Positions 1 to 10,898 of a stretch of DNA of 64,000 nucleotides are shown here, piece after piece. The position numbers were made by a program, and so were the translations under genes. Origin of the DNA: Eledone cirrhosa (lineage: Eukaryota); NCBI GenBank assembly GCA_964016885.1, contig OZ024743.1, forward strand, positions 191,332,001 to 191,396,000, in the 5' to 3' direction. The notes beneath the pieces were generated by a model. The model was not told where the DNA came from, ran no database searches, and worked only from the letters and a program-made list of their open reading frames with translations. Each line of letters opens with the position of its first letter. Position 1 is the first letter of the stretch.

Positions 1-2601
1 CCAAATATGACCATACAATAATTGTTTAATTTATTAATACATTATATTTCGTAAACCAGCTTTGAATATAAAGGCGTACAAGAAAGAAACAAGTTCAGTT
101 AAGTTAACTCCAATCATATTTTTTTCAGAGTTTCTTTTTTGAAATCCGGGACCTTGCAACGATGAGCTTCGACTACTTGAAAAACACACTGCTTCTCCTT
201 CTCATTCTTGGTGATGGCAACAAAATCAGTTATCAACTTGACTGCTCTCTCCGCCAGATCGTTGACTACCTTGATATTGTGAACAACAGCACGGGCATTG
301 TGATATCACGCTTGTGATGACCAAGTTTCAGGTGACAACTCAAGCCAAGTATCGTTGAGACCAAGGAGATCGAACAGAAGCCTTGATTTCATTCCAACTA
401 GATGAGGCAGCTTCGTGAATGACTTCAACTCGCGAAATACTGGAGCACCACGGTCGAGAGGCCAAGACGTTTTCGTTTTGACAAGACGTTGGGCTATTTG
501 TTTCTTCTCGGACTCTTGGACCCGACTTGAATACAGCGCTAGCGGAATGGCTTCCTCTGTCAGCTACCAAAGATGCCTGCTCAGAGAAGTAGTTGCTGCT
601 GCGAGAGATCTCTGTCAACCTTACTGTACTGTGTCAACTCCACGTAGAATTGAAGGTCATTGGATAGTGCATCAGCACACTTGACTGCTGTCAGCCAGTA
701 TCGCACGTAGAACAGAACATTGAACATACAGATCCGGCGCAAATTTTCCATTTTAGCTTGATCGTAATTGAGTCGCTCACCAAATGCATACATCTTTACA
801 CTATAGCTTATTGTGGACATCCACCGAGCGTTATGATGCATCCTATGAATTCCACGAGGAGGGGTGACACCAAGCAAGATCAACATCAACTCGGCACATT
901 CTCGGTAGTCGTCCCATGGAAGAGAACTCATTTTCCCATCGTCGGATGTCAGCAAATCTTGGAGGAACTTGATGTTCTTAGAACACAGACGCTTGAGTCT
1001 CCGGTCGACAATGTTCAATGTTTTAAAGCTGGTCTTGTCCCTGAGTGACACGCAATCTTTTTTGAACTCCTTGAACTCTGGGGTGTCTGGACCGGATATT
1101 GCTCCGAATAGTTGTTGCCACACTGCACACAAGATATGCTCCATGACATGGTGCCGACAAGCAAAATAAAACACCTTTTAGTTGCGCATCTCTTCTAGTT
1201 CCACGCAGGCACCATTTTTCCATCTAGAATTTGAAGCAGTTGTGTCGAAAAACAAGCCCACCACAGACCCATCAACATTCCAATCTTTAACAAGATCAAA
1301 TGATGCTTTGGCTTGGGTGGTTCCAGAGCCATCAAGAATTATGGGAACACCGAAGAGTGTACCTTCTCTGAAATCCGGAGTTTCAGCAACTAGCACACCT
1401 AGCCTCTCGTGGTCGCCAGGAATTATTTTGCCACCCCAATGCAAGGTAACAAAGTCTGGTACAGCAAAATGTTCCTTTATGAGTTCAGCCCCCACAGTTC
1501 TGATCTTCTTAGCTGTACGTCTGCAGAGAGTTGTGGCGTTGGATAGAGTTGTAGCGTTTATGTCAGTGCCAGCCTCAGAAATAATCGATGCCATAAATGC
1601 TGTTCTCTGGCCCAGTGTCAGGTTTAAACGATCAGCCACTAGAGAAATTTCTGGAATTTGAAATGGATTCTTTGGGAGTTCCGGCTGGATTTTTGGTTTC
1701 TTGTCTGACTTTGAGCTGTCTCTGGGTGGGTTTGAGGCCTGAAATTCAGGATCCTGTTCATCTTCAGTTTCATCATTGGCTGAACTTGAATCACTCAGTT
1801 CATTACGTGGAAGTTGTGCTGCTACAGATCCTAACAAATGCTTTCTATGGTTCTCTGACTCTCGACGAGCCACAGAAACCTGATCACGCTTAAACTTTGA
1901 AGATATCTTTTTCTGGTAACCCATGTGTTGAGCACACAGAGATACTTTTTGCTGGCAACGCAGAGCTTCGAGAAATGTAGCATCTTCCATTTTCTGTTCA
2001 TTATGACGAAGACGGTCTTTCAAAATTTTCTTTTCGGCACCAGTATGTGCAATGTAGAAATACGAATCCAATTCAGAAATAAATAGTGCTTCCTTTTCTT
2101 TGTTTGACTTAGAACCTTTCGGTTTTTTTTGTAAATTTCTGTATTCACTGTACATGTTCATAATTTTCAGTTTCACTTTGTCTTTTCGTTGAGTCGCCAC
2201 ACCAGCTTTTTCCCACTGACTAACTACTTCCATCTCAAGCCTATCCGCAATAGCACCATTGAAGCTCACATGCTTTTCGTGTTTCATAGGACCATCTTTC
2301 AGGTAGAAGAAATATCTTAGAACATCTCCCTTTGTTGGTATTTTGTCTGGGGAAAAGGATGTAACATATTACCCCAGGAGCCATATCTCTCGATCATCAC
2401 AACGGAGCGAGTAGCTACAACTAGGTCCACTAGTTTCCGCCATTATTCTGCAAATTTGCAACTATTAGAAAAGGCTTAAATTAGTCTGAAATAATCAAAA
2501 TTACATTATAAATTAATAAAATACAAAATGGCATGAGAAAATGCATAGGGAGCTAAGTAAAATACACTATTGTGTAAAATGTGGGATTATGGAACACCCT
2601 A
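1..2601 (-). mobile_element. hAT-superfamily (hATm-like) DNA transposon, decayed; right end lies outside the window or is lost
   Basis: Minus-strand transposase fragments (ORFs 1178-2287 and 581-1174) carry LHWGGK (degenerate WDGK), FDTTASN..KNGAC, ACRHHVME and HHNARWM motifs. The terminus at 2601 reads TAGGGTGTTCC on the minus strand, resembling hATm termini, and abuts (TA)n. Confidence 0.7.
110..2443 (-). pseudogene. hATm-like DDE transposase, disrupted by stops and frameshifts
   Basis: Probable ATG at 2443. Homology continues across ORF breaks near 2290, 1176 and 580, and a C-terminal KVVNDLAERAVKL motif (about 235-275) is typical of hAT dimerisation regions. Confidence 0.7.
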
Positions 2602-2699
2602 ATATATATATATGTATGTATATATACAGGTACATATATGAGCGCGTGTGTATGTATGCGTACGTGTGTATGTGTGTATGTATATATATATATATGTAT

Positions 2700-2960
2700 G
2701 GTGTTACTGGTAACATGTATCCCAGTACAACCTGTCTCATGGTCGGGTCGTTGGCGACTAAACTGGCAACCCCACCAAGGTTTCTTGGTGAGGAGGGTGA
2801 CTTTCGACATCCTGCAGGACTAAAAACAAAACCTGTCAAAGGGCAAAGGAGCTCTTAAGAGTCAATGGCCATCCAAAATCACCGGGAGAGATGACCCCTT
2901 AGCCTTTGTCAAGGCAGAATTCTAGGAGAAGGAAAACTCTGATATAACACCTGCAACCCT
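2700..2960 (+). repeat. Interspersed repeat resembling an RTE-type 5' UTR or derived non-autonomous element (copy 1)
   Basis: Matches the reverse complement of about 34590-34950 (GGTAACATGT..CCCAGTACAACCTG..GGGTCGTTGGCGACTAAAC..GAGGAGGGTGA..CTAGGAGAAGG). Confidence 0.55.
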
Positions 2961-3383
2961 GATGGTATCCAATGATGTTGACTTGTTCTTCTTTTTGGTA
3001 AATATCATCTTGGTTAAGAGAGTGGGACTGGCTTTGTGCAGTGCTTTTGCTCACTATAAAAGCTTCACGGCACAGGCATTGCTTTATATCTGGAGATCTC
3101 TCTGCACTTGTCGTCACATGGTACCATGGGCCCAGCACTATGTGTCAATAATTGTCACAAGTGTAGTGTTTGTACCAAAGTTTTCAAGTCGCTGGCTGGA
3201 CTAAAAAGTCACACTCGTTCAGCTCTTCGGTAGGGGTTCTCCTACATGGATATAAAGTAGTGGCCGTACTCGAAAACGAGTTGGCAGCCACCATATGTAT
3301 GTGTACATATGTGTATATATATACATATGTGTATGTGTATATATATATATGTATGTGTATTTATATATATATATATGTGTGTG

Positions 3384-3419
<36 letters not shown>

Positions 3420-3823
3420 GTGTGTGTGTCGTGTGTGTGTGTGTAAATATATATGTATAGGAGTGTGTGTTTTTGCGAGTGTGTCGGAGTGAGGGCATAT
3501 GCGTGGTGTGTGTGTGTGAGTGTGTTTGTAGACAGGTGACTATTAGCCATTATTAGCCTAAGTCAACCTTAAACTTCAGGAGTGGCACCCTCAGGGTGAA
3601 CTTGTCTAAAGAATTCTTTCTGTCATTCTTACTCTACATATAGTTTTTAAAGAATTCCATTTTCTTTAAAGCCATCAACCAATGACCTGCATCCATCCTA
3701 ATTCCCACCCTCTACTACCACCAGAAAAGATATAAATACCACCATATTACTTGGACAGTCGGCTTCCTAATGATTTCTCCCGAATGAAAGAAATGGGCAT
3801 TCCATTATGATGCTCATTACGAG

Positions 3824-3861
3824 CGAGCTGAGGACCCGCTAAGGTGAAACAATTGTTCTCG
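3824..3861 (+). ncRNA. Minimal type I hammerhead ribozyme motif
   Basis: CGAG-CTGAGGA-CCCGCTAAGGT-GAAAC-AATT-GTT-CTCG: stem I CGAG/CTCG, short stem II, palindromic stem III ACAATTGT. The GUU triplet is suboptimal. Confidence 0.55.
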
Positions 3862-3890
3862 GTATGGTGAACTAACTGTTGTGTAACCAC

Positions 3891-3954
<64 letters not shown>

Positions 3955-4229
3955 GGAAAAAATGAAACGAAATTTCATTTCTGACTCTTAGTACGGCTGT
4001 TACATAAATATAAGTATGTATACGTACATACATGTATGTATACAGACGTACAGTAGTATGTATATATATATACATACATGCACATATATATATATATATA
4101 TATATATGTACGTATGGATTCACCGAAGATTTATTATAATGCTCGGTGTGTTTGTAAACAAACATCCCGAATTAAGCCATACAGCGTTTAGCAACCATCG
4201 TTGCTCTTTTGTTCAACACTGACAAAGGA

Positions 4230-4272
4230 ACGATATACTAGTTTCAAGCTTATTAGCTATCGTCAGCACCGT
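4230..4272 (-). ncRNA. Type I hammerhead ribozyme (family A, copy 1)
   Basis: Minus strand reads ACGGTG-CTGACGA-T-AGCT-AATA-AGCT-T-GAAAC-TA-GTA-TATCGT. Confidence 0.75.
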
Positions 4273-4441
4273 ATACCTTCCTGCCAGATGATTGAACGTC
4301 TGAATATGCATATTAACGGTTTATCGTTTTCGGTGCGCCGGCCGATTAATTCACTCGATATGCAAATTAGGCTGCTCATCCGTTAATATGCATAAGGAAA
4401 GTATGTACTTTCAGACGTTCAATCATCTGGCAGGTAGGTAT

Positions 4442-4484
4442 ACGGTACTGACGATAGCTAATAAGCTTGAAACTAGTACATCGT
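4442..4484 (+). ncRNA. Type I hammerhead ribozyme (family A, copy 2)
   Basis: ACGGTA-CTGACGA-TAGCTAATAAGCTT-GAAAC-TA-GTA-CATCGT; one mismatch at the base of stem I. Confidence 0.7.
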
Positions 4485-4869
4485 TCCTTTGTCAGTGTTG
4501 AACAAAAGAGAAACGATGGTTGCTAAACACTGTACGGCTTAATTCGGGATGTTTGTTTAGAAACACACCGAGCATTATAATAAATATTCGGTGAATCCAT
4601 ACGTACATATATATATGTGTGCATGTATGTATATATATACATATTACTGTACGTCTGTATACATATATGTATGTACGTATACATACTTATATTTAAGTAA
4701 CAGCTGTACTAAGAGTGAGAAATAAAATTTTGTTTCATTTTTTCCGTTTAACGTTTTCGGTGCACCCGGCCGATTAACTCACTCGATATTCAAATTAGGC
4801 TGCTCAGCCGTTAATATGCATAAGGAAAGTATATACTTTCAGGAATTCAATCATGTGGCAGGAAGGTAT

Positions 4870-4912
4870 ACGGTGCTGACGATAGCTAATAAGCTTGAAA
4901 CTAGTATATCGT
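4870..4912 (+). ncRNA. Type I hammerhead ribozyme (family A, copy 3)
   Basis: ACGGTG-CTGACGA-TAGCTAATAAGCTT-GAAAC-TA-GTA-TATCGT; intact core and palindromic stem III ACTAGT. Confidence 0.75.
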
Positions 4913-5053
4913 TCCTTCGTCAGTGTTGAACAAAAGGGCAACGATGGTTGCTAAACACTGTACGGCTTAATTCGGGATGTTTGTTTACAAACACACAGAG
5001 CATTATAATAAATGTTCGGTGAATCCATACGTACATATATATATGTGTGCATG

Positions 5054-5095
<42 letters not shown>

Positions 5096-5138
5096 CTACT
5101 GTACGTCTCTATACATTATATGTCTGTACGTATACATA

Positions 5139-5183
<45 letters not shown>

Positions 5184-5403
5184 CGTTTCTGAATTTGTTT
5201 AGCAAGATTCTTTATCTGAAATCGTGTGTTGAAACCGATATTGTTATACTTTGGGAGGGTCATGTTGCCAATAAGAAACACACGCACCAGTTGCTTTCAC
5301 TTCAATTTATTATATATTTATAAATTTATAAATTTACAAATTTACAAACTTATAAATTTCTGGTTGGTTGGTTGGTTCCACAACCAGATAGTTGTTTATA
5401 TAT

Positions 5404-5448
5404 AGTCATAGTCCTTTCGTCACACACTCGGTGACCTCATCAGTGACT
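5404..5448 (-). ncRNA. Type I hammerhead ribozyme in PLE pseudo-LTR (left arm)
   Basis: Minus strand reads AGTCA-CTGATGA-G-GTCAC-CGAGTGT-GTGAC-GAAA-GGA-CTA-TGACT. Confidence 0.75.
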
Positions 5449-5675
5449 GGGGATTCCTTTCTTCGTTTCTGTGCCTTTCCTTTCTTCTATCCTACGCCAT
5501 TTTGTTTCTGTGTGTGTGTTGTGTGCTCAGATTGCGCATGCGCCACATCCGGGTGTATGTGTGTGTTTGTGTTCATTTATCTATTTATTTATTTATTTAT
5601 TTATTTATTGTTGGTTGGTTGTTTGTTCTATGTGTGTGTGTGTTTTCATTTTGTGTGTGTTTTCTCATTTTGTCC

Positions 5676-6338
5676 TTAATTGTAAGTTGTGATGTTGCTG
5701 TTCCACTCATATTTTCTATTTAATTTTGGTTTTAATTCTTTTATGCTTACTGCCTCTGTAATTTGCCTAAACATTGCGTCTTTTCTGTGTGTGGATTCTA
5801 TTTTTATTTCTATGCTCTCTAATCTACCCCTGTGTTCTATCTTAGCATGTTGGTAGAGCACAGATGATTCTTTATTATCCTGGAGGTCTCGCCAGTGTTC
5901 ATTTATTCGTTCCCCTATACTACGAGCTGTCTCACCTATGTACACTATATTTTTGTTTCTACATTGTCCTTCAGTACATCTTATGCTATACACTACATTT
6001 CTAGTTTTACAGTTAATATGGGGGCTTATTTTACAGGTTATACATTTCTTATCTATACATGAGTGTCTTTGGAACGGGTATGTCTTGCTAATAAGTGTTT
6101 TTACGGAGGTACCAGGTCTTTCTACTATCTTAATATTGAGATTATGTTTATTTAGGGCCCTTCTAAATTTGTAGGCTAGTTCGCCTCTAGAGGTTGTATT
6201 GATGAACATTACACTCTGGTATTTATTGCTATCATACCATGAGTTTATTCTATTGGGCTTGTTCCTAGTTCTTTCTATTCTATTCCAAAAGTTGCTCCTA
6301 TACAAGGGGCAGGTCCCATTTATGTCATTATTTACCAT
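5676..6338 (-). pseudogene. PLE ORF C-terminus (Cys-rich linker plus GIY-YIG endonuclease), left arm
   Basis: CITC...NCKTRNVVYSIRC...YIGETARSIGERINEH...H...EAVSIKELKPKLN; RT domain absent. Confidence 0.85.
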
Positions 6339-7008
6339 GGTAAATAATGACACAAATGACATAAATGGGACCTGTCCCTTGTATAGGAGCAAATTTTGGA
6401 ATAGAATAGAAAGAACTAGGAACAAGGCCAATAGAATAAACTCGTGGTATGATAGCAATAAATACCAGAGTGTAATGTTCATCAATACAACCCCTAGAGG
6501 CGAACTAGCCTACAAATTTAGAAGGGCCCTAAATAAACATAATCTCAATATTAAGATAGTAGAAAGACCTGGTACCTCCGTAAAAACACTTATTAGCAAG
6601 ACATACCCGTTCCAAAGACCCTCATGTATAGATAAGAAATGTATAACCTGTAAAATAAGCCCCCATATTAACTGTAAAACTAGAAATGTAGTGTATAGCA
6701 TAAGATGTACTGAAGGACAATGTAGAAACAAAAATATAGTGTACATAGGTGAGACAGCTCGTAGTATAGGGGAACGAATAAATGAACACTGGCGAGACCT
6801 CCAGGATAATAAAGAATCATCTGTGCTCTACCAACATGCTAAGATAGAACACAGGGGTAGATTAGAGAGCATAGAAATAAAAATAGAATCTACACACAGA
6901 AAAGACGCAATGTTTAGGCAAATTACAGAGGCAATAAACATAAAAGAATTAAAACCAAAATTAAATAGAAAATATGAGTGGAACAGCAACATCACAACTT
7001 ACAATTAA
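6337..7008 (+). pseudogene. PLE ORF C-terminus (Cys-rich linker plus GIY-YIG endonuclease), right arm
   Basis: Same VVY-YIG motif with CCHH residues and an open frame to the natural stop; RT domain absent. Confidence 0.85.
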
Positions 7009-7216
7009 GGACAAAATGAAAACACACACACACATAGAACAAACAACCAACCAACAATAAATAAATAAATAAATAAACAAATAGATAAATGAACACAAAC
7101 ACGAACAGACACTCGGATGTGGCGCATGCGCAAACTGAGCACACAACACACACACAGAAACAAAATGGCGTAGGATAGAAGAAAGGAAAGGCACAGAAAC
7201 GAAGAAAGGAATCCCC

Positions 7217-7261
7217 AGTCACTGATGAGGTCACAGAGTGTGTGACGAAAGGACTATGACT
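7217..7261 (+). ncRNA. Type I hammerhead ribozyme in PLE pseudo-LTR (right arm)
   Basis: AGTCA-CTGATGA-G-GTCAC-AGAGTGT-GTGAC-GAAA-GGA-CTA-TGACT: stem I AGTCA/TGACT, stem II GTCAC/GTGAC. Confidence 0.75.
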
Positions 7262-7419
7262 ATATATAAACAACTATCTGGTTGTGGAACCAACCAACCA
7301 ACCAGAAATTTATAAGTTTGTAAATTTGTAAATTTATAAATTTATAAATATATAATAAATTGAAGTGAAAGCAACTGGTGCGTGTGTTTCTTATTGGCAA
7401 CATGACCCTCCCAAAGTAT

Positions 7420-7459
<40 letters not shown>

Positions 7460-8974
7460 TTAGCTAGAATCGCATTTTGGCTGGTAGAAATTAGCGGATA
7501 GAAATATGTATATATATATATATATATATCTACATAACATGTAGAGTCCCGACGTAAATAATTGGTATCGGAGGACTATTAGAAAAGTATTCAAAACGTA
7601 ATTAGAGGATATAATATTCATTTTAATATAGAAATGACCTTCGGCTGGACTAAATATAATAAATTCGTAATAAATGGATTTCCTGGTGATTTCTTACGAA
7701 CAAACTATTTCTAGTTCTGTAGAAGTCATTTTTTTATTAAAAATGCATATATATATAATGTGTGTGTGTGTGTGTGTGTTAGAATGTGAATAACTACGTG
7801 TATATACATATTCATTTTATTATAGAAATGACTTCTACAGGTCTAGAACCTTTTCTGTGGTGTTAAGCCCGGAAAGACTACTTAATCAAAGTAGAAATCG
7901 ATGCATAATGGAATGAGGAGTTAGTATATTTGTGAAGACAATTTTCGACCGTAAGTTCGTGGCCTTTCTTCCCGAGTATATTATGAAACTATCAATATAT
8001 TTTGGCATATACTACGAAATATTTAGACTATAAAATAGGACCACTGCATATGTTCACTGGAGTAGGAAATACACCAGAATTCTCATTACTTGTTCTGTGA
8101 AAAGCATGAAGATAAACAATATTTTTTATATTGTTGAATGTCTTTGCCACCTATTAAATAAACCTGTACACATTTGTGAGAAGTGACCAAAGACAGTCCA
8201 TTAAATCACAGCAATTTCTGAATTTTATAAGTTGATCGTTATCGAAAGTCTGTTGTTATGTACCAGTCAACTCCAAAAGGTTTCATTTAAATAGCAGAGT
8301 TGTATTTTCGTATCTATTGCAGAGTCCTTCCTCTAGGGTATACTGCAGAAATTTAGAAAGCTCTTCAATTGTAAAAGGGCAGCATAGATCTGGTACCCGC
8401 TCCTGGCTACCCACTTCCTGGCACCATAATGTTGACAGTATATTTTCGTTTAAGAAATGATTTGAGAGTTGCTGCTGTAGTTCTTTTCAACCAATTCGTA
8501 TTTCACATGGTTCATGAAACTTCTAGGACTGTAGAACAGTGTGCTCAATTTAAATTTCACCTATTTTGCTGACGTTTCACAATTTGTTGTTCTCGTGCAG
8601 CAGCAATCCAGTATATGTTAAGATCGAAAATGTACTGTCTGTCCACTACTAATGCATGTGCTCGCGTAAAAGACTTTCGCACCCTGTTATCAACTACACT
8701 TGCTTGTCGAGTTTTCTCACCATAATAAGATAGCTGTACATTCTTTCTCCTCGCCTCTGAAGAGGACCTTATATATAATGATCTAAAATGTTTCGGAAGC
8801 AGTGCAAGTGACATTATACACCAAACTTCTAACATTGAAACTATTATAAAATATATTGAACTTTCACTCATTAATGTTGTTGCAGCGCACTATTTATTAG
8901 AATACACATTACACACACATTCTGTAAGTGTGTGTATGTGCTATGTAGCGTTGTAAGTGGGTGTATCTGTAATG

Positions 8975-9630
8975 TAGCGTTGCAAACATATTCTCCACTG
9001 GCACGCAGCTAGACAACCATAGCCTGCGAATCGGCGTTTCCCCGAGGCTCAGCCTCCGGATTTGCCAGCCTCACCAATGTCGCTGCGGTTCCACCGTGAA
9101 CTCTTTCGGCCTCCACCCGCTTTCCTCTCTCCACAGTGCCGGCCGCATTCCACGCCATGCTGCCCTCAACGAGGTCATTAAGGATGGCTTGGACGCTGCA
9201 GGCTTCCCTTCCCAGCTCGAGCCGGGACGGCAAAAGACTAGATGACATGACCATCTTCCCGTTCTGCGGTGGCAAACCCCTCGTCTGGGATGCCACTTGC
9301 ACCGACACTTTCTGCAGCCGCAATCTGGTGCAGTCTGTGACTGACCCAGGTTCTGCTGCACGTCGGGCTGAAGAGGCCAAACTCCTCAAATACGGTCGCT
9401 CTCCGACAAGTTTGCGGTCGTACCCCTGGCAGTGGAGACTTCTGGTGTCCTCGGCTCCAGGGCTACCTCCTTAGTCACCACCATAGGCGCTGAGCTGGCT
9501 AGCCACAGGTGTGAGCCCGGCGAGTTGGAGTGGCTTTTCCAGCGCGTCTCCCTTGCCGTCCTCCGGTGAAACGCCTTTTCCATTCTGTTCGCCGGGGCTG
9601 TGGGTGGGCCCCATCGCGTACCGTTGTAGT
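8975..9630 (+). mobile_element. 3' fragment of a CRE-like (restriction-like endonuclease) non-LTR retrotransposon
   Basis: GC-rich island with Cys/His motif remnants, DGKRLDDMTIFPFCGGKPLVWDATCTD and EEAKLLKY; frameshifted. Homologous to 40482-40870. Confidence 0.75.
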
Positions 9631-10064
9631 TGTTGTATACAGATATTAACTCATCAATTACAAACATATGTACATACACATACATCGAAGAATTATGGAT
9701 AAAAGAAAATATGTTGTCAATATTGTAGTGTCAAGAAGGGGCTAGCAGGAACACTCACTTTCTGTAACACAATTTCCCGTTTCCTTTTAAAAATCTCAGT
9801 AAAAAGTGTGTCTCTCTTTATTTCTCTCCCGCTCTCTCTTGACGTGTATCTTTCTCTCGCCCCCTTTCTCTTCTCTTTTGACGTATATTTTTCTCTTTTC
9901 TCTTCTCTCTCTCTATCTATCTATCTATCTTTCCGTCTCATTTTTCTTTCTCTCTCCTATCCTTTTCTCTCATCTCATCGCTCTTCTCTCTCTCTCTCTC
10001 GCTCTCTCTCCCTCTCTCTTTCTTTCTCTCTATCTACTTCTCTCTAACTATTTCAAAAACGAAG

Positions 10065-10092
<28 letters not shown>

Positions 10093-10096
<4 letters not shown>

Positions 10097-10724
10097 GTGC
10101 CTGAGTGGTGTTGACAGCTCTACACACCTCCTCATGGAACTCTTCCGCACTCACATCACTGTCCCCCTCGGTTGGACTATAGGCTGAGATGACTGTCAGT
10201 CTTGGGTTTCCATTGAAGGTCACCCTCAACACTCGCGGGGAGATAGGCATTATTTCCCTCACCAACAGATTGGTTTTTGCACTGAACACAAAACCCACTC
10301 CTCCTACTGCAGCATTTGTTGTGTTCTTCACTGCCGATGTAGTGATGAGCTGGCTCCTCTTCCCGATCATCACACTCCTCACGGGATCATCGTTTAGGAT
10401 CCTGTGTTCTTGGATGGCAAGTATCTGTATACCACTCTCCTCGAATAGATGTCCAAACTCCTCTCTCTTCTCCAGCGTCCGAATAGTCCTCACATTCAAA
10501 GTGCCCATTTTGATGGCTCTTCTGCAAGACAAAACTGCATTCTTTATATTTGTCTCAGAGAAAGCTGATCCATCATCGACTGGCCCTCTCTGTGGCTCTA
10601 AGCCAGCAGAGTCATAACGACCAGACTGATCCTTGACAGTGTAATTAGGGGCTCTAACCCTAGTGCTGTTAGATCGACTCTCCATATTTCTTTTCAATGG
10701 CTGACAATACCTTACCGGCGCCAC
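10093..10724 (-). pseudogene. RTE APE endonuclease N-terminal half (inverted segment)
   Basis: ORF 10053-10724 carries APE motifs and ends at ...TQAHN, running into (TA)n. Confidence 0.85.
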
Positions 10725-10898
10725 TCGAATAAGGTAGTTATTTAACCCATAAATGGAGCCCTAACAGGTACTACCACCCCGGGCCAGGGCAGACCTGGGA
10801 GTCATAACAACTAAGGGGTAACTCCACATCCCCCACAACTCCTGAACTCCCGAACTGGAGCCTTGCCACTGGATGTAGTTTAATGTCATACCCAGGAC

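Larger units (their letters stand above)
3951..5140. mobile_element. Non-coding HHR-bearing repeat (retrozyme-like / non-autonomous PLE): one inverted partial unit plus two head-to-tail 428-bp units
   Basis: 3951-4319 is the reverse complement of about 4380-4750. 4320-4750 and 4751-5140 are direct repeats with HHR cores 428 bp apart. Flanked by (TA)n on both sides. Confidence 0.75.
5181..7426. mobile_element. Penelope-like element: 5'-truncated 3' end present as an inverted duplication (palindrome)
   Basis: Arms of about 5238-6337 and 6338-7426 are near-identical reverse complements centred on TTTACCATGGTAAA. Each arm encodes a GIY-YIG endonuclease and an HHR. (TA)n flanks. Confidence 0.9.

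Noticed and set aside
3951-5140. Family A as a MITE with long terminal inverted repeats
   Set aside because: A third, direct copy and the internal HHRs fit the tandem/inverted pseudo-LTR pattern better than a TIR element.
6199-6336. Hydrophobic N-terminus (apparent signal or TM segment) on the two 269-aa GIY-YIG ORFs
   Set aside because: It is the antisense reading of the opposite palindrome arm, not a genuine membrane-anchored nuclease.
7900-8900. Possible degraded Penelope body ending in CTGAAGAGGACC
   Set aside because: No intact RT or GIY-YIG motif is readable and the GAAA half of the core is missing.
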